DNA from: Marsupella aquatica
Lineage: Eukaryota; Plantae; Marchantiophyta
DNA length: 64,000 bases
Direction: 5' to 3'
NCBI GenBank assembly: GCA_973895155.1
Contig: OZ316899.1
Span: 4,715,241-4,779,240, forward strand
Both the position numbers and the translations under genes were made by a program. Numbering within the stretch: the stretch's first letter is position 1; each line of letters starts with the position of its first letter. Positions 27,276 through 41,100 of this stretch are shown one piece after another. The notes under the pieces are model-generated. The model was given only the letters and a program-made list of their open reading frames with translations. It was not told the DNA's origin and did not search any database.

Positions 27276-30200
27276 AGCCAGATTTCCGGCTTTTCACTTA
27301 CTGAATCGTCATTTTAACTTTTTGAGAGTTATGAAGAGGCATGTCTCTTCGACCCTGTGATCTCTCACTCGGTAGATTTTTACTATAAAATAGCTCTACC
27401 ACTAGTGTAGTTGATGGTTAAGTTATGCATTTTTGCCTTTTCCTTGCGTTAAACTAGTTGATCATGAATCTATGAGTTTGAGATCAGGTTTAACATTTGG
27501 AGAGACTTACCTCCTTCTTGTGTTTTTACCTATGATTATAAACACAGAAAGTAAAATTCCTTTTGTGCAAATCTTTTGAGTTGTAATGACAGATTCCTTG
27601 TTGGTGACTCATTGCAATCTCTTGAGTTCTTAGAGTTAACTCATTGAGCTTAAGCCTTATTGAAATTGATGGATTTTCTTTCATGTTGCGTAGTACCATC
27701 TAAATGTTGAAGTAGTCACTCTTTTAGATCTTGTTTGAGTACCACTTAGAAAGAAAAGACAAGACGTGTTGACGGCGCTTTAAAAGAGTACTCTAGTAAG
27801 CAGTTTAGATCTGAAAAGCAAACGTGGATTTGAATCCTTAAGTCTTTTCATTTTGACTTATGTCTAAGGAGCAACCTTGGTCAATTCCAGACTCCCTTAG
27901 CATACTTTAAGATATTTTCCCTTGTGTTTTTGTTAATCATTCCCTTTTCATTAATTTATGTTTACATGATGCTGAGTTATCATTGAAAACTTCTCACCGC
28001 TGTGGAGCGATCTTCAAAATACCTTAGTAAAGTAATCAAACTTGATTACTATATGTGGAAAACATCTTAAGTCTATTATTATTGTTTAAATCTATCAAAC
28101 CAACCCCATCTTGTTCTTTACGGGAACGAATACCGAGTTTGAAGACCATTAAGTGTGTTTTTGGTTCTTCATAGCAAACTACACAGCTTCTGCCCAAAAT
28201 TCTTGTGGTAAACCTGATTGGCTCAGCATACTCCGTGACCGCTCCAATAATGTTTGATTGAGCCTCTCAGCGACACCATTTTGCTACGGAGTATAAACTA
28301 TGGTGAGATGGCGAGTTATCCACTGTTCTGCACAATACTTTTCAAATTCTATTGAAGTGTACTCCTTGTCGTTGTCTGACCTCAGACTCTTCACCCTGGT
28401 ATCCAAATACTTAACCGTGTTTCTCGTCTGATTCTCCACTTGGGCCTTCCACTTTATAAAAATGGACAAGACATCAGACTTATGCGTCATGAAATAAATC
28501 CATATAAATCTTGAGTAATCGTTAATAAAGGATACATAGTACAATTTTCCAGAATGTGAGGGAGTTGGGGATGGTCCCCACACGTCACCCTGTATGTATT
28601 GAAGAACCGTTTTGGAACGATGAGTTCCAACACCAAAAGCACAACAATGCTTCTTTCCAAAAATGCAATGCTCACAGAAATCCAATTTACAAGACTGCAA
28701 ATAAAAAATGAGCTCATTCTTCCGCAAGATAGCCAAACCTTTCTCACTCATGTGGCCTAGCCGTGAATGCCACAGTTGAGTCATTTCCTTGTGAGACTTG
28801 GTTACATTGGCCTCTCCACATACTGTATTGCCCTGTAGCATATACAAATTCTTTTGTTTGCTCCCCTTCAAAATTACTGTCTCTCTCGCCATGACTTGAA
28901 GTTCACCATCAATTACTCGCCATTGATGACCATTTGTATCCAATACACCTAGTGAAATCAAATTCTTACGCATGCTAGATACAAACCTGACTTTGGACAC
29001 TGTGCGCACAATGCCATCAAACATTTGAATCTTTACAGACCCAATACCCTCAACTTGACAGGAGTGATCATTTCCCATCAGAACTGAACCGTTTGACACC
29101 GAATAAGAATTGAAATACTTGCGAATGTAACAAATGTGAAAGGAGCAAGCACAATCAAGAATCCACACATTGTTTGCTCTCCTAGATGATGTGCATAAGG
29201 GCATACTCCTGCTTCATAAAACATACTCATAATTGAGTAAATAAACTTTTCCATCAGCACTAGCCATATTGGCTGATGAAGATTCAACTGCCTTACCCTT
29301 ACAATCCCTCTTAACGTGACCAACCTTGTGACACTTCCAGCAGAATACTGGCTTACCAAGATTGGACAAATTAACAGCTAGGCTGTCAAATTCATCCAAG
29401 TGATCCTGAAGCTTGTTCCCCTCTTTGAGCCTAAGGCTCATCAAGAGAGATTTTTAGTACAATTGGTTTGATGCATCCTCTCGATAGTACTTCTCCCTTA
29501 GGGCTTTGAACAAAGATGCATAATCCGCGTAGTCATCCAACTTCTTGATGATATGCGGCTTTAGATAAAGCATCACCGCATTCACTATAATTACTTGTTC
29601 TTGCCTCCACCTCTTTAGTGGAATCTCCTCCTCATCATCGTACATCTCTTGTGTAGAGAGAAGGTGATCTAGGCCCATAGCATGAAGAACTCCTTTCACT
29701 TGCTTTTCTTAGATCAAGTAGTCTGTACGTCCATCATACTTTTCCACCTCAAACTTGACACCTTCAAACCTGGATGTCATCTCTTTTTCATTCACAACCC
29801 CCTCTACTTGCTACACCGGTGATCATACTAGTGTCACGCTTGCTTCCTCTTGCTCCTCTCTCTCCACCACAAAGATCTCCTCGTGGTGATCTTTGTGCTT
29901 CAAGCTCCACGTCTTCAAAAATCTCCTCCAAATCACTCATGTGAGAATGCAAGAAAAAATGATGTTTTCTCAACTTCTTCAAAAAACTCAAAACTTATCA
30001 CCGCCGTGTAGCCCATAGGCCTAGCTCTCCAACGCTGAAAACCAGAATAAAAACCGAACTCCGATGTAAAACTTTTTCACTTTTTGGTTGGGGTGGGTAA
30101 AACTTGGAATTCTCCCCCGTTTTGACCACCTTGGGGAATAAACAAAATGTGAACTAGTACCTGACGTCGGAAATGCAATTTGATTGGTGCACCACGTGGC

Positions 30201-31736
30201 CAACCTGAGGGCTACCTCCTTGCCAAAGACAAACACAAAAAGTTACCATTCGGCAGATAGAATCTTTGACGGACGGACAAAAACACGCTCTCTGTTTTTT
30301 GAAAATATTCTTGCATAGAGCAACAGGGCTCACAGGGGGCCGTTCCCCTGTCCAAGCGGTTAAAGTGGAGGGCGGCAGGTCCCGGGATGTGACTACCAAT
30401 CAGAAACCAGGGAAAAGGAATGAAAATAGGGGCTAAAGGGGGTTTAAAGCCCCTTTATTAAATTGGGAGTATATAAAAAGGGGGTTCGTTTGGACAGGCG
30501 CGTACAGGGCAGGGGCGCAGGCTGCAGGAGGAGCAACCATGAAATGGCTGCCAAAAGCAGTCGTTGGTGGTGTAAAGGGCCGCGGAGGGGGGTGACCGAC
30601 GGGAGGGCGATGGATGACCGGTGGACTGACGGGGGCAAAGAAGCAGTCAGGCAGCGCTTTGGTCGCGAACACGGCTGCGGCTCGCGTATGCGGGGAGGGG
30701 CGGTGGTGGGGTGCATAAAGGGAGGGCTGGGAGGGGGATCGGGTGTGTGCACACACGGTGGTGTGTGTATACACACACCAGCTTTTAAACCCCCCCCAAA
30801 AAAACCAAAAAATGCCCCCCACAATACAAAGGAAATAACACACGTTGCAAAGGATAAGAAAATAGCATGTGGCTGGTAAGGGCCCTAAAGACACTCCTCT
30901 CCAAAGTGTGATGGAGGTCTCTAGAGAGAGAGAGAGAGTCATAAATGGAGTATTTTTTGAGCAAAAAAATTGCCCGTAAGAAATCCAAAAATGCTTATGG
31001 AAACCAAACAAAAAAAGCTTGCACCTTGTAATGTTCGGATTACGGTGAGGAATCAGAGACCGATGTTGGTGGGTTGGAAATATTTGCGCACCCGAACCAT
31101 GTGTGGGTCAATCAACGGCAAAAATTCAGAACTCCTTCCTCCCGTGGGCACAAACGGTCAATCTTGGCCTCAAAATGATCACCTCTTTGCAATCTCTCTG
31201 TTCAGCCCAAGCACTTCATGTTTCTCCCTTCAAGGCGAGTGCAATGATGAGAAACCTCGCTCAGGCAAAAGAAGACTCCATAGTCAGTCAGAAAACCAGA
31301 ATTTTTCTTTTGCTCGTTGCGACGCACTTGTTACACACTCGGCAACAACCCAGCTACCAAAATGATCAGCTCGTCCCGATCTACAAGCGGAGCTATAACA
31401 TGCGATGCCTCATGCACCACTAAGCTCACACCGTCAAAAAGATGAACTTTGGTCCCTCCTCCAAAAAACAAAAAGAAAACCGTCGAACATGAATGTTGCC
31501 AACTTTCTTCACAAATTCCAGAACGACAAAAACTTAGATCTCTCCGCACCACAATCTCTATTCAGCAATTTCTTTGCACCATTAGAAAGCCCTTGCCCCG
31601 ATCTATCCGCTGAGCCCAAAAACTCCAAGTTCCATGCGATGGAACTCTAGGAAATCCACCGACACTCAAAGTTGGAAAAACCATCAGGAAATCCCGCACA
31701 AACAATCTCACCTCCCACGCGTGCTCTGATACCAAT

Positions 31737-32079
31737 TGTTGAGCATAGATGACACTCATAACGGTCAGCACATGACACATCCAACGCACAAGTAGTCGAC
31801 ACAAGAGATACATGGTTCACCTCCTCGAGGCTACGTCCCCGGGAACACACAAGAGAGCTTTTCTGAACTCTAAGCCCGTCAGCCATACCAAGTCTCCACA
31901 GTGTAAGCTCTCCTCATCTCTCAAGTGGCTCCATAACAATGAGCCTAAGTTCCACTTATCCAAGCAAACACCGTTTGGCATATAGTGTGAATCCTAGTTA
32001 ACCTAACCACATCTCCAACTATGGTTAGCCTAACTACGGTTACATGTCGTAACCCTAGACCTTGAATAAATACCTAACA
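31737..32079 (-). repeat. Copia 5' LTR (343 bp)
   Basis: TGTT...TAACA ends, adjacent to the iMet PBS. Confidence 0.92.
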
Positions 32080-33994
32080 TCTTCCACCATCTACTCCATT
32101 CGGAACCATTGTGAACAATGGGCCCCCACCACCGCCCCTATTGTTGAACCTCCGTTGCCTCCAACACAACCACCACCAATTCCGCCACCACCTAAGGAAC
32201 CCATTCCTTCTATTGTGTGGACTTCAAAGGAAGCCGTAGCCCTAGCCACGAAATCACCTTTGTCGGAGACCGTAGAGGAGTACCAAGTAGTTTTTGGTAC
32301 CTTAGCCCACAACCTGGTCCAAAAGTTTAGTCGGGAGCTGTCGGGGGACCTAGCAAAGTATATCGGCCAACAGGTCGCTCATTACTTCCAATCGGCCTTT
32401 TTATGTTAGATCATCACCCGCGGCTTATAACCCCCTTGGAAGATGAACTTATGGCCAAGGGAAATGATATTGGGGCACTCCAAATGACTATGGAGCGCCT
32501 GGAGATGGCAACCACCACGCACCAAGAAGATTTAGTCCGCGTCTCAAATCAACGGGATGAACTAACCAAGAGCTACTTAAGGTCAAAGGAGACCTTATGG
32601 AACTTGAGGTTGTTGTCACTGAGCTTGAGGAGGAGTCCATGGCTTGGGTTAAAAGCCTGGCCAATCTAAACGACCAATTTTTGCAGGTGGCTTAGCAGGC
32701 AAACACAGTCATTGCCGATTGGGATGAGCATTTGGCGCAAAACCAGGCCGACCTCAAAACGATCGGTCTACTCAACACGGAGGTGGCACACCTGCAGGCT
32801 AAGGTGTACAAAGTCTCCAACAAGGCAGAGTAAGCAACTCGGGATAACCAAGCCTTGTAGGATAGGGTTACTCTGTTGGTGAGCCAGTGGAATGGGGCGG
32901 GAAATGCCTCTAACTAAGGCGGCTCAAGGTCCCAACCCAACAAAGGGACAAACCTTGGGCCAACAGCATAACACGCACAAGAGATGGTTAGAGAAGGGGG
33001 CGCTCAGGCAACCGCGGGTGACAGCAAGGAGACAGTGGTATCTTTTGAGTTAACCATAGCAACAGAGTAGCTGTCATTAGGTGCCAATTAGCAGCACAAT
33101 AGATAGGATTAGGACAAAATTGGTTAGAATCATATGACATAGGATAAGGTGTAAATCAATGGGTTATAATGATTGATAGTAAGACTTAGAGATTAGTGTT
33201 ACCGTCGACCATCCCAGCCGCTGACAGCCAACAAGGTCAGTAGGCTGATGGTCAACCAAATGGCGTCAGTAGGTGGTTAGTCTATGAGTTTCCAGGGAAG
33301 GTAGTATCTCCCCCAACCCTTTGGCAAGTAGTATTAAAGACCCCCCCGGCCCCTCCGTCTGGGAAGGGGGGGCTTGTGGTTTATTTCAGTAAAGTAAGCT
33401 TGTATGGCGCACGGGGAGTCCCGGCCTAAGTAGGATTAGAGAGCACTAAGGAGTGAGAGCCAAAGTTGAGCTTGTTGGGCAAGTGCAAGACACTGTCTTC
33501 CAGAGACTGGGCATTGACTACCGTTAGGCCTGCTAGTCGCTTAGAAGTCGAGTCAACCATATACATGCTACTTCTTTATCTGAGTAAACTTGGTCTTTCC
33601 CTTTGATCTTTCCACATAGTCTATGTATTGTGCATAACTTGTCTTTAACAAAGACGCCATTTCAAGGGACGTACCGGGTGCGGACTAATGGTAGGGTTTG
33701 TGAGAAGGTGTATGCAGAATACTTCACGAGTTCTTGTTGTTGGCAATGGCTTGAAAGTCCCCAAGCTGGGAGTTAGTCTGAGTCATTAATTGTGGGTGTG
33801 TTCTAGCGGTGGAATCTAAATATATCTATGATGTTTGGGAATACGTAATAATATAGACTGCTATATATATATAGTGTGACTTAGACTAACCAGGGCCTCT
33901 ACACCCCTCCTAACCCAAAACCTCACCCTTACTGGTGGTTGAGCGTGCCCCAAGGCGTTAACTCGGATTTAAGGCCTGGGTTGTTGGTGCGACA
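32080..33994 (+). mobile_element. Accessory-ORF element copy B' (3' half) plus LTR-like end
   Basis: PPLPPTQPPPIPPPP..EEYQVVFGTLAHNLVQ is colinear with 14400-14880 and 17644-18215. 33300-33994 is the reverse-complement homolog of the solo-LTR end and terminates ...GCGACA. Confidence 0.7.
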
Positions 33995-36900
33995 AGTGAT
34001 TAAAGCACCAAGAAGCCATAGCCACAAGCTTAAAGCTCTAAACAATAAACATGAAGTAATATTACTCTGCACAAGCTTGATGAAACGCTATAAAACTTCC
34101 ACCAAAATGTAGTGCCCGCCAATGTGCAGAAGGAAATGGTAGACTATTTGTACAACAATAACACAGAAGAATGAACCATATTTGACACTTCAATTTGAAG
34201 TCTCAATCAAAAAACTGTCCCCTCCTTTAAACACAAAAGACCTCCAACGCAAATTGAGCAATCAAATGATCATGCAATTGTCAACAACAATTCAATCTTT
34301 CACCATGATCCAACACAATGAACACTCAGAAAGCTTTGATACCACTTATAAGAAACCATTTGGCTCAGACTAGACATGAAACATGAAACATGAGAGAGAA
34401 CTCAATCTTATACTACACCAACAAGACACCATATGTGATGGAGAATCTCTTGAAGGGTTCATAGCTCATGAGACTGTACATGTGAAAATGAGGGAGAGAA
34501 TGATCTCCTTCCAACCTAGACTCCCTAGGGAACTGAGATGTGGGGGTGTAAATGAAGTGGATCTTATCCTAAATCTAACCATAGTTGGGAACTTGAGTCA
34601 ATTCCTAACAATTCCTAGTAGGACTACCAAGTTGGCTATCAAGGAATGGGATAGTCAAGATAACCGGCTTGTCAAGCTTGCATGGAAGTAAGCTTTGGCA
34701 TATTCTTGAGGCCAAGAAAATGGCTCACTTGTGACATCATCAATGCTTCCATTGGTTACTGGATAAGAGAGCACAAACCATTGTAATATACACTTAGCAC
34801 ATTTTTACTAACATATTTCTACATAGTGCTAACAACTCCTGCATATAGTTACTGTTAGCCTAGCATTGGCATATGTGAAGGGCATTTGACGTGTGGTCGT
34901 ACAACAACATTATAATCAAACCCATCCACTGGCCAAAACATTGGGTACTGGTTGTGGTCAATTTAGCCTTTCTGTCGTGCGAGAGTGCATGGTTATCTTC
35001 ACCCACCACCATGCCCTATGCACGCCCACTAGGATATTAGGGTAGTTTACGTTCATCATTTAGACGCCATATTTGCAACTATAGTAGATGTGCTTGGTGT
35101 TCTCTAAGCAAGCATTCTCCTCTCAGTAGCACTTTGGGCAATGTTCTTGTAGGAAACCCTGGTTGTTCTTGAAGCAAATAGTCTTTGTTAGGAGCACTCC
35201 AGATCCAGTATACTTAGATTGTTCATTGCACATTCACTTCAGTTCTCCTTGAGTCTTAGCTTTAGCTTTGCAAGCACTTGGCTATGGCAGCACACTCCAT
35301 GGCACCTCCACACATTTGAGGATTGACTATGACTCTTTAGATGCTCCTAGCACATCATGGCATGGTGTTGGTTTTCATATGTACTACTCACTCTACATGC
35401 TACATATATATTACATACAAGGGTTTACTTTCATGCCCCATGATTGGTGTTAATGGACTATCATATATTATCTTTCTGGTTTTCTATTTTATTGTGTTAC
35501 CTGGATGCATATAGTACATGTCTCGATATGTTATGCTACCGACTCTATATGTCACAACATTGCGGTAATTATATTTCCTTGAACCCCTTTTGATCAAATC
35601 ACACAAATGTAACTGAACAATGTATACAAGTTTCTTGATTACTTTGCTTGCATACAAAAATTTCCTCTCTTATTGCCATTGGAATGACCATGCATCATCT
35701 GTTCCAATACTCCACTTCAAATTGATCGTCTGATAATTTATGATTGTGGCATATAGAGTATCAACACAGAGCATATTTCTAAATACCCCGCATAACTATG
35801 GATTGTGAGGTACAAGATTATTCTAGACCTAGTATGCCAGACAATCACTTCAATTGTAGAGGATCAGTCAAAGAGGCCAACCTTAGGTGTTTCATCTAAG
35901 CGTCCTCAATCAAGGAGATGTAACACACTCCAAGGTTATCTCAAAGAGGGCATCAACATGAAACACACGGCTTCCCTTAATGTCAGAGTGGCAACTGACA
36001 TGGGAAAACAACACCCAATGCTAATTCAGAGAGACTGCCAAGATAGGATTGGACTGCAATTGCGTTTTGACCCCCAAAAAAGTCCATCCAGGTGGAGTTG
36101 CCAAAATTGGTGGACGACTGATATCTGATGTAGTTGTGCACCTTGCTCATCATGCCTAACTAGTTACCCTTCCATGAGCTTATGTTGTGTCTCTCAACCC
36201 CCTCATCTTGACATTATTCAACCTCTTAAAATTTGTTTGAATGTGAATTGCCTCAACCTCTTCATCAAGATTCTCTAATATTGTCCAAAGGTCTCAAAGT
36301 ACTCAACGGACAGAAAAGCAAGAGTGAAAGCTTGTAAAAGCCAAAAGAGGCTATGATATCAATAAGGTCAACCAATGTCTTTGAACATGAAGGATCTAAA
36401 TGAAAGTCCTTCATGGTTGGAGTTTAGGGTGTGGAATGGAGATATGACACTATTTGGTAGAAATATCAAACTTTTTCAATTTTGGGCACTATATGAAGAT
36501 CATTTACAGCAATCAGCAACTTTATAACCTATCTTGATCCTTACAGTAAAGTTATGGAGGAAAATGAAGACGTCCCGATTTTCATGAAGAATTGCTTTGG
36601 AAGAAAACTGGAGAAAATCACTTTTCCACTGAAGAATCGTTTTTGAAGTATCTGCGATAACCTTGATAGAGGATTGTGGATTGGTCTGATATCTGATGGA
36701 CAAGTTCTCAAGCTTGTTGGAAAGCTTACACCAAGGGCTACATGGAGAATTTCTGAAATACTCAAAAATTGCTACTTCAAAATTTCCCGAACCGATTCTC
36801 TAGGAGTTTTGCCACTTGACTCTTAAATCATTTTCCCTCTTGTTTATCTTTCTGTTTGAGCTTTGTTTTAACTAGGTAGAATTAGATTTAGAGTGACACC

Positions 36901-38192
36901 ACTTGTCACCTTAGAGGTTTAGGTTTAGATTTTTAAAGATCTTACCCCTACCATATCTCGTAGGATCTTAAGTTTCTTTTAGATAGAAATAGATTTCTAG
37001 CCTATGGAGGAAACCCCTTGATTTCTCCCAGGCTATGAGGGAGCCTATATTTGGACTCCCAAGCAAAATTTGTATGTCTTTTCTTCTGAATTGATTCGTG
37101 ACCAATTTGTAGGTCTTTCTCTCATGCCAAATTGGGCTTAGGAGAGAGAATCTAATGAAAGAGAATTGCACCATCATCTAAATTGAATTCAAGCATTTCA
37201 TGCACCAATCTAAGTATTCAAGTTTTGGATGTATGAATTAGAGACAGAGAATACGATGGAATGAATGATTCAGGCGGGTCTTTGAAATCTAATAAATAGG
37301 GAATTGTATTGACTCTTACAACATAAAACAGATCACCATAGGTGTATAAGGAAGTTGGAGAGAAGAGAAAACCAATTTATCTATGGAGAAGGAGGAGAGC
37401 CTAAAGAAATTCAACTTATAATATTTTCTGAGAGAATCGTTTTAGGATTCTGTGTGTGTTGAAGATTGTAATGAAATCAGTTTAATGATTTCAAATGTTA
37501 TAAATCCTTAATAAATAACTTTGGTGAATTGTGGGAACTTTGGTGTTTTAAAGCTTATCATGTATAATTTACATGATTGGACTTACCACATAGGGTGAGG
37601 GTCAAGTTTGCATGCAAACTTGTTGTCCTAGGACTTTCTAGCAAGGTCTATATCTCCAAATGGACTAGTGATAAAATGACACATTGACCAATAAAATGGT
37701 GAATTGTGGCTTATCTTTGTTTCAAAAGTCATTTGGAAATGTTTGGTGTTCTGCCTTTCAAAAGTTTGGAGGGTTTAATTTTATAAAGCCCTGTTTTAGT
37801 TCTTACTGATTTTCCTAGTGGACCAATTGATACCTCTGGGCATTGATATGTAGGTAAAAGATGTTGTACCGCCTTAGTTAATAATTAGCATCCACCTAAA
37901 TATTATGTTAAGATGGAGATCTTCCAGAACTGTGAATGATAGTCCACAGTTGTGATATTTCATGTTGATTAGCCCGTCTTAACTCATCTTATAATATGCT
38001 ATGGGAAGTGAAATAGTAGGGCACTTGTATAAAAGACATAAGCAAACTCATTTGTACATATCAAGGTTGTTACATTTTCAGTAATAGTTTGAAATGGTTG
38101 CATGCACAAGATAACACTACCAAGTCTGTTCATTTTTTGTGAAAGATTGACAGGGTTGCACTTAGATGAGAAAAGGAAACTATTTTACTTAC

Positions 38193-41100
38193 ATTTTCGT
38201 TTTGCCTCAAAGTGTTCTTTCAAAGTATTGTTGATGAGGAAATTCTGGAAATCTGTCTGCTCCTTTGTCATTGGAGTATAGAAAATAATTTCCTTCTTGA
38301 GTGGCAAGTTTTTCTCAACTTCTTCTTTGATTCTTCGGAGCAAAAATGGTCGAAGGATGATATGCAACTTTGTTATGACCTGCACTCATATTGCTAATGC
38401 ACATCCATGTGAGGAATTGCTTTTTTGCAAACAATCACACAATACAATTTACAACCCAAATAGGGGGTGATAACTGGCACCCAAGAAGAGTAATAGGCAA
38501 GGAAAGACCAAAGAACCCAAGGCAGGAACCGAGGCAAGCTCCAACAAGCCAAACTGTCAACATGGGTGTTGAAGAAGCCTTAGCCACCCACTGATGGGTA
38601 TGTGAGTTAATAAGACAGCAATGGGCAAATAATAAAAGAGAATGAAGAATCCATTAAAGTTCCCGAAGGATTGGAAAGTAATACCTCGATGGACTGGCAG
38701 GATGTTCACTAAATTGCCATGGACTGTATTGAAACATCTAAAATTTCTGGCATAATAATTGTTCACATGTACTGAAAAATGACCTCTACAGGCCAGCCAT
38801 CTGGTGGTACCCAAATTTTAGTACCAACGTGATCACTTTGCCATCAAGCGCTTCAGAAAACCATCAAGTCCCAAGTACCAAGGTCTTACTTGACAAGGTT
38901 ATTAACTTGCCATGTGCTCTGGATGGAAAGGCCGCTTTCGAACTCAAGTAATTCAATGACATCGTCCAGGCCTAAGGCTATCAAGTAAGCATAGAGTGAC
39001 TGTACCAGTCCATACTAGTTGCCATGGAGAGCATGTCAATCCATCCAGTCATTACTTTCTATATGATTGAAATGCATAAATTGTGTCTTGTTGTAAATAC
39101 ACATATGTATTGCAGGGAAGGGGTAAAGGGCAAATACATGCCTCCATCCTTTGCTGTTCATCTATTTCTTCACTTTTAAACCCATTGCGTTGCTTGCCTG
39201 AGAAGTCAAACCTGAAAGAAATGTTTTGAAGGACGTCACCTGTTTGTCCATTGCTAGGTATCACTAATCATTGAATAAACAAAAACGATAAAGATAGTAG
39301 TTTAATTGAGTTTTTATCAAGTTAAGAAAATGCCTGTTTCATAGGAATGGAAACGTCATTGGAGCTTCTTATTGTGGATCCATTGTAGCAAAATTCAGAA
39401 ACTGCCTTAAGCTTTGTCGACTTTCCTTACCCAGGTCTCTTCAACTCTTTGATCCAATTATACCTTAAAACATTACCCTGATTACTATATCAAACATTTC
39501 TTCATATCTTCGAGTTGTTCTTAAAGCCCCAACCAAGGACTTATCAAGATATCAAACGCGAATGCAACAAGTGGCAGTTGTCCTAAATTCAATGTTTGGG
39601 TCGAAAGTGCCAGACTTGTCCTCAACTTAACTCCAGGTCTAAAATAAGTTGCAACACAGGCCTATGGTCCTTAACATCTTGTAAATTTATAATTGCCTAA
39701 TTTGATAGTGTCATGAAGAAAGATACCCATTACTACAATCCAAAATCTTCTAAAGATACAATCTAACTAGATAGCCTTGTCTAACTTGCTAACATGATGT
39801 GGAGAAAGATACCCTCTACACTCCAAAGCCTTTTTGAATAATTTCTAAAAACAAATTCTGATTAGAAGATGCTACAAGCTACTTGACAACTTTCTAGCCG
39901 CATTTTGATAGTATGTAGTGGAAAAAGATGCCCACTACGATCCAAAATAGGTTAGAGGTCCTTTCTAAACATAAAAATTAATTAGACGATGCCTAAAACT
40001 ACTCAACATCTTTCAAGCCCATATTTGATAAAATGTAGTGGAGGACAATGCCACTACCTCAATCTCAAATCTTCAACACGATCTGTAGACATTAATCTAC
40101 TAGAAAATAATCGATCTTGACTCTCAAATTCATAATTATGTTAGTTGATGACTGTCGATTTTTTCTCTAACTATGATATGATGACAAATTTACTTCACTT
40201 TGCCTTCACTATGATCACCTCTCATATATTTTTTACATGTGTTTAAAACATGAGATCAATATTACTAAATTGGATTGGATTAAATTTCTGATCTAAGTGA
40301 CATAGACTTATCATAATTTTGGCTAGATGATAAATTGACAACTCCAGACAAACGAGTTGGTAGAGAACACAAACAAGAATCCTGGTTTGCCGCTACCTGG
40401 GATTTGCTATTGAATAGCTCAAGAAATTGCTAAACCATGAATTTCTTATGAGCAATTTCGTATGAACAAATGAAATACTTGTTAGAATACATTAGTACAC
40501 TTCAACTACTCATCCTGTTAGTAAGTTTGATAGCTAGTCAATCCTAGTAGTGTTCACGTGGATTGATACGCATGTAGGGACTAGATTTACTTGATCCCCG
40601 TGGAATAGTTCTATCCACTAAATCTATTTAGTGCATCTGGTCATTCTCATGGATATGAACTGACACTTCTAGAGTCACCTTCCGGTGAGAAGGCAGAGGC
40701 TTACCTATTCAGTGCGACTCTTAGCTTAATCGTTCGCTCCACCTAAACTAGCAACGTTGTATTGGCCCTACTCTGATCAATCAACCTATCTGAGTTCAAT
40801 GACACACAATTATTCTTTCTTTTGTATCAGCAATTTTCCGTGGTATCAGAGCTTTGGCTGTAGTCACTTCAATTCGATTTTTGCTTTGAGGAGTAGAAGT
40901 TGAGGGACGCCTTCTACTCAATCCTCCCATTTCAATTGAATGATCTCACATCAAATTCTTGCGATTTTGTTGTATCTATATTATCAAATTTCATTCCTCT
41001 GAGAAATTGTTTCAATTCCAGCCAAATCGTGAAATCTTTACAACTCATAAGAATCATGCGGCTCATTCAATTCACCTTCCTCAATTTCTCGTAGTGCTAT

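Larger units (their letters stand above)
24105..28182 (+). mobile_element. ~4.1-kb unclassified insertion in the Copia integrase carrying a plant-transposon-protein-like ORF (24562-26990)
   Basis: It splits the integrase motif FWAEAV|NTVAFLVN with a 3-bp ACA overlap at both junctions. The ORF reads LQQLGLGHLLGVPW..IACAFRCP..NGWNLTQC..LLEFLVPILHP..VNWALLIF, followed by an acidic/Pro-rich tail. Confidence 0.7.
21592..32079 (-). mobile_element. Ty1/Copia LTR retrotransposon, near full length, with nested insertions
   Basis: 5' LTR 31737-32079; PBS TGGTATCAGAGC (iMet) at 31723-31734; gag with CWKCHKVGHVKRDC; protease WILDCACSFH; integrase 28284-29204; RT/RNaseH 22116-23238 (LYGLKQSPRQW, LYVDDILI, STTEAEY); PPT AAGGGGGAGAT at 21900-21910; 3' LTR 21592-21899, slightly truncated. 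Confidence 0.95.

Noticed and set aside
30433-31011. Overlapping 126-192 aa ORFs as genes
   Set aside because: Low-complexity GC-rich sequence that is open in several frames, with no motifs.
34000-38000. Short ORFs as host genes or the missing DDM1 exons
   Set aside because: No recognisable motifs or consistent exon chain could be found by eye.
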